From Candidatus Limnocylindrales bacterium (GTDB lineage Bacteria; Chloroflexota; Limnocylindria; Limnocylindrales; CSP1-4), in the NCBI GenBank assembly GCA_038319665.1, contig JBBQDL010000009.1:1563-65562 (forward strand): a stretch of 64,000 bases of DNA. The letters run 5' to 3'. A model generated the notes under the pieces. That model saw only the letters and a program-made list of their open reading frames with translations, was not told where the DNA came from and ran no database searches. The position numbers were made by a program, and so were the translations under genes. Below, piece after piece: positions 58,915-64,000 of this stretch; positions within the stretch are counted from its first letter, which is position 1; each line of letters starts with the position of its first letter.

Positions 58915-59384
58915 GTGCCGCCTCGGTCCGTCGAGTCCGACGGCGCGTGGTCCTGCTGAAGCGCGTAGACGTTGCCGTCGGGAGCGCGGAAGAAGAGCCA
59001 GCCGAAGCCCTCGAGACGCGGATCGTCGAATGCCTCTGCCGCCCAGATGACGTCCGCCACGATCTCGATGTCCGCAGCGATGAGCTCAGCGCGGGCGGCA
59101 AGCAGGTCGTCGACCGCGAAGGCGACGGTCGGTCCGGTCGCGTCGGCGGGCAGGAGACGCTCGTCGTATCGGCCGGGGCGGTAGACCTCGACCAGGTCCC
59201 GGTCCCCGGACTCGAGCTGGAAGACCGCCCATCCATCGTCTTTGTGTCCGGGGTGCAGCCCCAGGACATCCCGCACGAAGACCGCCATCGCTTCGAAGGA
59301 ATCGGTCTTCACGCCCACGAAGGAGAAGCGCCGGATGCGCACGGTCGAACCTCCAGGCGCTGGTTCGAGGCCTCGTTCGGCCAC
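58911..59384 (-). CDS. VOC/glyoxalase family protein
   Basis: ...[26 protein letters not shown]... and ...[14 protein letters not shown]. Start uncertain; an inner GTG is possible. Confidence 0.7.
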
Positions 59385-59519
59385 CCGCGACCACCTTGGC
59401 CGTTGAACGGGATCATGGCGGGATTCCGGCCCGATCGCCGGTCGGGCCGCGGCGATGATCGAACTGGACAGAAGCGCAACCGGCCCTGGGGGATGATCAC
59501 GAGGCGGCAGTGTAGCCGG

Positions 59520-60452
59520 TCACGCCGACGCGGCCGCCAGGATCGTCACGCCGCCGACGATGAGCGCAACGCCGACGACCTGGACGCGGCCCAGCCGCTC
59601 CCCGAAGAGCAGGAATGCGACCAGGGCCGCGACCGCCGCGAACTGGCTGCCCATGACCGCGGTGATGGCGATGCTTTCGCGCGAGCCCCATGCCGAGAGC
59701 ATCGAGCCGATGACTTCGCCGACCCCGGCGACAAGCACAAGCGGCAGGGCGGCACGCGTCACGTACAAGCGCCGCTGGAGCGCCAACGGGATGACCACGA
59801 CGACGATACCGACCAGTCGCGCCGTGAGCGCGACCCAGGCGACCGGCACGAGCGCCGCCGACCGACCCGCCGCGACCAGCCCGACGCCGAAGACGAGCGC
59901 CGCGGCGATCGCGAGCAGGCCGGCTCGACGGGTGTCGATCGGTCGCTCGCCGGTCGCCGTCCGGACCGTCGGATCCGCGGTCGGTGGGCCGTCCATGGCG
60001 TCGGCGACGACGTCGAAGTCCCCCGCCGGCACATCGGTCCGGCCGGGATCGAGCGTGGACAGGACCACGCCGGCCGCGACGACCGCGAGCATCAGGCCGG
60101 CCACGATCCCGATCCGGTCGCCCAGGGCGACTGCGATCAGCGCCGCGATCGCCCCCTCGGTGGCCACGATCGGCGCCACGATCGAGACCTTCCCGATCCG
60201 GAGCGCCGCGTAGGTCAACTGGAGACCTACGACGTAGCAGATCCCGGCGAGCCCGAGGACGGCGAGGGTCGATGGCTCGAGCGTCGCCGGGCCGGGGCTG
60301 ATGATGGCGATCGGCAATCCCACGACCACCCCGACGATCATCACCCAGCCGAGGACGAGGCGCGACCCGAGCATCCGGCTCGAACGCGAAGAGCACAGCG
60401 TCGCGGTGGCCCATAGCACGGCGGCGCCGAGGCCGCCGATGATGGCAGTCAC
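59520..60452 (-). CDS. DMT superfamily (EamA-like) transporter
   Basis: About 310 aa with ten hydrophobic helices in two EamA-like halves. GTG 60452 chosen because the upstream part of the track ORF is R/P-rich. Confidence 0.7.
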   Translation of the reverse strand: MTAIIGGLGAAVLWATATLCSSRSSRMLGSRLVLGWVMIVGVVVGLPIAIISPGPATLEPSTLAVLGLAGICYVVGLQLTYAALRIGKVSIVAPIVATEGAIAALIAVALGDRIGIVAGLMLAVVAAGVVLSTLDPGRTDVPAGDFDVVADAMDGPPTADPTVRTATGERPIDTRRAGLLAIAAALVFGVGLVAAGRSAALVPVAWVALTARLVGIVVVVIPLALQRRLYVTRAALPLVLVAGVGEVIGSMLSAWGSRESIAITAVMGSQFAAVAALVAFLLFGERLGRVQVVGVALIVGGVTILAAASA

Positions 60453-60546
60453 GGCTGCCAGTCTGGCGGGTGGACGGGTGCCTCGCTGCCACGGACCGCC
60501 GCGAGTGGGGCGTCCTGGAGCGGCGCGCCCGCGACCGCCAGACGCC

Positions 60547-62373
60547 TTATGCGGTGGCGCCCGGTGCCGACGGCGCGGGCGCCGCCGGCGCGGCATCGAT
60601 CGGCGCCCGAAGCTCACGCAACGACTGCTGATCGACGCCGGCCAGCCTCGGCAGGTCGGCGCTGCTGGTGCGGACGAGCCGTTCCGTCATCGCGTCGAGG
60701 ACAAGCTGGCTGATCTGCGGCTGGGCCATCAGAGTCCGGAGCGCCGGCTCGGGAACCTCCAGGAGCGTCGACGGCTGCTCGGCCACGACATCGGCCGTTC
60801 GGAGACTGCCGGTCAGGGCCGAGATCTCGCCGAAGAAGTCGCCCTGGGCCATCGACGACAGCACGCGATGCGAGCCATCATGGAGCGGGATGCCCGCCCC
60901 GGTCCGGCCGGACAGGACGAAGTAGGCCGACTTTCCCGGCTCGCCGTGCCGCACGATCGTCGAGCCCTCCGGTGCATCGAACACGGTCGCGTGGTTGGCC
61001 AGCTCCGACCGTGCCCGCATGGACAGCGACGCCACCGCGGGCAGGACGCCCGCCAGGATGTCGACGTCGGCGAGGGTCGCCGGCCGAGCCGGCCCGAGGC
61101 CCGGACCGGTCGGTGCCGCACGCAGCAGGCTGAGGGTCCGCCGCCACTCCGTCGCGGGCTGGCGCAGCCCCGGCAGCAGGAGGCACGCCGCGCCGGCCGC
61201 GATCAGCACGACCGAGGCGATGACGATGAGCAACCGGAGATCGATGATGTCGCCCAGCCCGGCCGCGGCCATCCCCATGAGGAACAGGACGTTGCGGGCA
61301 ACCGAGAAAGCACTGGCGACCCGGCCGCGCATCTCGCGGGGCGTGTAGCGCTGGATGATGAGCCGGCGGGCGACCGTCGATGGCGAGTTGAGGAACCCGG
61401 TGATCATCACCAGCAGGATGGCGATCGGAACCGAGTTGGCCAGGCCGTAGATGATGCCGAAGACGCCCATCCCGACGAAGCTGATGGCTAGCCATTGGCC
61501 CTCGCGCAGCCGGTCGATGTAGCTGGCCAGGATGAGGCTGCCGGCCACGAACCCGAGCGAGGTGAAGCCTTCCTGGAGGCCGTACTCGAACTCCGTCGCG
61601 TGCAGCTCGGTGATCGCGAACGGGAGAAGCAGGACGTTCCAAAGACCGAACCCGAACAGGACCGGCGCGGAGACGATGAACAGGGACCGGAGCGCCGGCA
61701 TCTCGATGAGATGGCGGGCACCGGCCTGCAGGTTCTCGAGCACGACGGCCACCGTCGCCTCGCCCTCGACCGGGAGCTTGGGGATGAGCACCCGAGCGAT
61801 GAGCGCGGCAGAGAAGAGGAACGTGAGCGCATCGATCCAGAACGCCCATTCGATGGGCAGGGTGGAGGCGATGAACCCCGACGCCGCGAACCCGACGGCC
61901 GTCGACCCGAACGAACTGATCGACATCATCGAGTTGGCCGCGGCCAGCTCTTCTTCCGGGGCGACCTCGGGCAGGACGGCGTCGCTCGCGGGCTCGAAGA
62001 AGGTTGAGATCGCGCTCGCCACCGCGACGAGGACGTACAGCCAGATGATGCCGAAGCTGATGGCGAACGGGATGGCGAAGACGACCACGGCACGCAGCAG
62101 GTCGGACGCGACCATGATCCGCTTGCGATCCGCCCGATCGACGTAGACCCCGGCGAACAGGCCGAAGACCAATGCCGGGGCGGCCGTCGCCATCAGCATG
62201 AGCCCGACGCTCAACGCCGAGCCGGTGAGCCGGTAGACCAGGATGCCGGCCGCCAGCTCGGTCAGCGCGCTGCCGGCGGTCGACACCAGCTGCGCTGACC
62301 AGAGCAACGTGAAGTCGCGATGGCGGAAGATCGCGTATGGGGACTTTCGTTGACCCGAGACGGTGCCAGTCAT
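60547..62373 (-). CDS. MFS transporter (EntS/MFS_3-like) fused to a C-terminal cyclic-nucleotide-binding domain
   Basis: 12-TM MFS core (residues 1 to about 405). Residues about 432-565 contain ...GEPGKSAYFVLSG...GDFFGEISALTGSLRTADVVA..., the cNMP-binding phosphate-binding-cassette pattern FGE...R[ST]A. Confidence 0.8.
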   Translation of the reverse strand: MTGTVSGQRKSPYAIFRHRDFTLLWSAQLVSTAGSALTELAAGILVYRLTGSALSVGLMLMATAAPALVFGLFAGVYVDRADRKRIMVASDLLRAVVVFAIPFAISFGIIWLYVLVAVASAISTFFEPASDAVLPEVAPEEELAAANSMMSISSFGSTAVGFAASGFIASTLPIEWAFWIDALTFLFSAALIARVLIPKLPVEGEATVAVVLENLQAGARHLIEMPALRSLFIVSAPVLFGFGLWNVLLLPFAITELHATEFEYGLQEGFTSLGFVAGSLILASYIDRLREGQWLAISFVGMGVFGIIYGLANSVPIAILLVMITGFLNSPSTVARRLIIQRYTPREMRGRVASAFSVARNVLFLMGMAAAGLGDIIDLRLLIVIASVVLIAAGAACLLLPGLRQPATEWRRTLSLLRAAPTGPGLGPARPATLADVDILAGVLPAVASLSMRARSELANHATVFDAPEGSTIVRHGEPGKSAYFVLSGRTGAGIPLHDGSHRVLSSMAQGDFFGEISALTGSLRTADVVAEQPSTLLEVPEPALRTLMAQPQISQLVLDAMTERLVRTSSADLPRLAGVDQQSLRELRAPIDAAPAAPAPSAPGATA

Positions 62374-62619
62374 CGCCCCGACCGAATGGGCTGCGCTGCG
62401 CGGATGGGGTTCAATCGACGCCTCCTTCGTGGAGCCGCGCTGGGTCGTCGTTCCGTCGTGGAGCCCCCGAGTCGGTCCGGATTGGGGCAGTCTACCGACC
62501 AGCCGCGCTCGCGGCGCGGTCCGGCCGCGCGACCGACCTGTGCTACCATCCCGGTTCGCGCCGCCGGCTCCCGCCGTGACGAGCGCAGGTCATCCGTCCC
62601 GACATCGAGGTTCGCCCAC

Positions 62620-63342
62620 TTGGCCAAGACGCCCCGCACCTGGACGGGCGCTCGCACGCCGTCTGGACTCAAAAGGGTCCGTCAGGCCCAGAGCCGCCAC
62701 GAAGTCCTGCAGCCCCGCCGCAGCGCCGCGAAGACCCTCGTCGCGAAGGCCCTGAGCGCCGCCACACAGCCCGCCGACTCGTCGATCGACCCGGTGGCCG
62801 CCCTGGTCGAGGCGCTCAGCGCGCTCGATCGGGCCGCCAAGGTCGGCGCGATCCATCCCAACGCCGCCGCCCGCCGCAAGTCGCGCCTGACCCGCAAGGT
62901 CAACGCCTCGATCGGTGGCGATCACGTCCAGACGGGTACCCGCGTCGTCAAGACGACGGGCAAGGCCGCCGCGGCCAAGGCGGCCAAGGCACGGATCGCG
63001 GCCGCCAAGGCCGGCAAGGCGAAGGGCGCGCAGACCGCTGCCGGCAAGGCCCGCGCAGCGCTGAGCAAGACCGCTCGAGCCGAGGCTGCCGCCGCCAAGG
63101 CCGCGGCCGCCGCGAGCGCGAGCGTCGACACCACCGAGGCGGCCCCTTCGAGGCGGAGCGGGCCAGCGGCCGCCGCGAAGACCACCAAGGCCGCACCGAA
63201 GAAGGCCACGACCGCGTCAAAGGCATCGGCCAAGACGTCCGCCAAGACCGCCACGAAGGCGCCGCCCAAGGCGACCGCCAAGGCGACCGCCAAGGCGACC
63301 GCCAAGCCCGCGGCCAAGGCGAAGAAGGCCACGACCAAGTAG
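62620..63342 (+). CDS. rpsT: 30S ribosomal protein S20 with about 144-aa Ala/Lys-rich C-terminal extension
   Basis: TTG 62620 has GAGG 9 nt upstream. SGLKRVRQAQSRHEVLQPRRSAAKT...LDRAAKVGAIHPNAAARRKSRLTRKV is the S20 fold. It is followed without a stop by the KAAAAKAAKAR...KATAKATAKATAKPAAKAKKATTK tail. Confidence 0.8.
   Translation: MAKTPRTWTGARTPSGLKRVRQAQSRHEVLQPRRSAAKTLVAKALSAATQPADSSIDPVAALVEALSALDRAAKVGAIHPNAAARRKSRLTRKVNASIGGDHVQTGTRVVKTTGKAAAAKAAKARIAAAKAGKAKGAQTAAGKARAALSKTARAEAAAAKAAAAASASVDTTEAAPSRRSGPAAAAKTTKAAPKKATTASKASAKTSAKTATKAPPKATAKATAKATAKPAAKAKKATTK
63271..63306 (+). repeat. 12-bp tandem repeat (GCGACCGCCAAG x3) inside the S20 tail
   Basis: Read directly. Encodes (ATAK)3. 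Confidence 0.85.
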
Positions 63343-63363
63343 GCGCACCCGCCGCCCCGACGA

Positions 63364-63392
63364 CGCTCCGGGCTTTCCGGGGCGTTTCGATT
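63364..63392 (+). terminator. rho-independent terminator candidate after rpsT
   Basis: CGCTCCGG-gcttt-CCGGGGCG (8-bp stem with one G-U pair) followed by TTTCGATT. Confidence 0.55.
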
Positions 63393-63420
63393 CCCGGGCG
63401 CGGAGGTCCGGTCCGGTCGG

Positions 63421-64000
63421 CTACGTCCTTGCCGGCGCGGAACCCGCGCCGGCTTCGACCGGTTTGGGACGGAAGACCCCGTACAGGCCCGCCCCGCCCA
63501 GGCCGCCGACCACGGTCAGGACGAGGATAGTCTCCGCGCTCCCGACCTGCTCCTTCCAGTAGAACGCCGTGAACGCGCCAACGTCGGTCACGCCGGCCGC
63601 CGCCAGATCGACGCCGCGTCCGGCCTGCAGGTAGCGCTGGTAGACACAATTGGCGCCGGTCGCGCACGGCGCCGGCCGGCCGTCGTCCTTCGGGACCGTG
63701 ACCCGACCACCCTGGCCGGGATCCCGGAAGCCGTCATCGCCGTAGAAGAACAGGACCTTGATGACGAGCAGCAGGGAAGCCGCAGTCAGCCCGGTCACGA
63801 GACCCGCGAAGAGGCCGTTGACGAGGATCCGGGTCCACGGTCCCGCCCGGCGCGCTGAGCGCTGGTTCGCGTAGTAGCCGATCAAGAGGCCCGACGGCAG
63901 CGCGAGCACCCAGATGACCCACTCGATCGGGATGAACAGCATGAAGCTGACCACGATGGTCAGGGCCATGCCGATCCCGACATAGGCGGCGATGATCGCC
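63421..64000 (-). CDS. hypothetical integral membrane protein; 5' end probably beyond the window
   Basis: The ORF has TM helices at both ends and a Cys-containing extracytoplasmic loop. The frame is still open upstream of ATG 63969 to nt 64000 (..AIIAAYVGIGMALT..). Confidence 0.55.
   Translation of the reverse strand, partial: AIIAAYVGIGMALTIVVSFMLFIPIEWVIWVLALPSGLLIGYYANQRSARRAGPWTRILVNGLFAGLVTGLTAASLLLVIKVLFFYGDDGFRDPGQGGRVTVPKDDGRPAPCATGANCVYQRYLQAGRGVDLAAAGVTDVGAFTAFYWKEQVGSAETILVLTVVGGLGGAGLYGVFRPKPVEAGAGSAPART

Noticed and set aside
62922-63338. 138-aa very hydrophobic Ala/Leu/Val minus-strand ORF that looks like a membrane protein.
   Set aside because: It is the exact antisense of the Ala/Lys-rich S20 tail (GCC/AAG codons read as GGC/CTT). 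The plus-strand frame is continuous with a recognisable S20 domain and has its own SD and terminator.

Overview
High-GC bacterial chromosomal segment with about 60 protein genes. Most are on the minus strand and tightly packed; many junctions are 1-4 nt start/stop overlaps (ATGA, GTGA, TTGA). I found no rRNA, tRNA, CRISPR array, transposase, integrase or recognisable defence island. The content is mostly core housekeeping.

Main blocks:
(1) 1945-9720, minus strand: a cobalamin salvage and nucleotide-loop operon behind a compact cobalamin riboswitch. Order is btuF-like, FecCD permease, ATPase, cobS, cobU, cobT, cobC-like phosphatase, an aminotransferase and a VOC protein.
(2) 9892-13655, plus strand: a four-gene cluster of uncharacterised secreted proteins and lipoproteins. 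One is a metzincin-like protein whose frame is broken by an in-frame TGA.
(3) 14105-26148, minus strand: GDP-mannose genes followed by a SAM-cycle and methionine-salvage array (metK, S9 peptidase, ahcY, GNAT, mtnA, apt) and an MFS transporter.
(4) 28761-42204, minus strand: mfd, pth, ybeY, 7TM-HD phosphohydrolase, yqeY, rpsU, HIT, prmA and dnaJ, with an acyl-CoA ligase on the plus strand.
(5) 42205-51362: a roughly 9-kb mixed-orientation block between dnaJ and dnaK. It carries a deacetylase, a UDG, an ABC-2 exporter, ubiE/menG, an LLM-oxidoreductase::MenA prenyltransferase fusion, a CPBP protease and an HTH plus PD-(D/E)xK-like protein.
(6) 51363-62373, minus strand: dnaK, grpE, hrcA with a perfect CIRCE operator, hemW, a CPBP-like protein, lepA, VOC, EamA and an MFS::cNMP-binding fusion.
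(7) rpsT with a long Ala/Lys-rich tail.

The lepA-hemW-hrcA-grpE-dnaK...dnaJ-prmA and rpsU-yqeY...ybeY synteny, the lipobox-type signal peptides and an F420-type LLM domain suggest a high-GC monoderm lineage (Chloroflexota or Actinomycetota-like). That placement is inference only.

I see no convincing new multi-gene 'system'. The oddities most worth follow-up are the LLM::MenA fusion module, the TGA-interrupted secreted metzincin-like gene and its cluster, a Tat-signal-like extension on MtnA, and the extended S20. Three reading frames look disrupted or lack a start (11199, about 26855, about 37020), so consensus quality should be checked before interpreting them biologically. The many long alternative-frame ORFs in the supplied track are high-GC artefacts and were not called.
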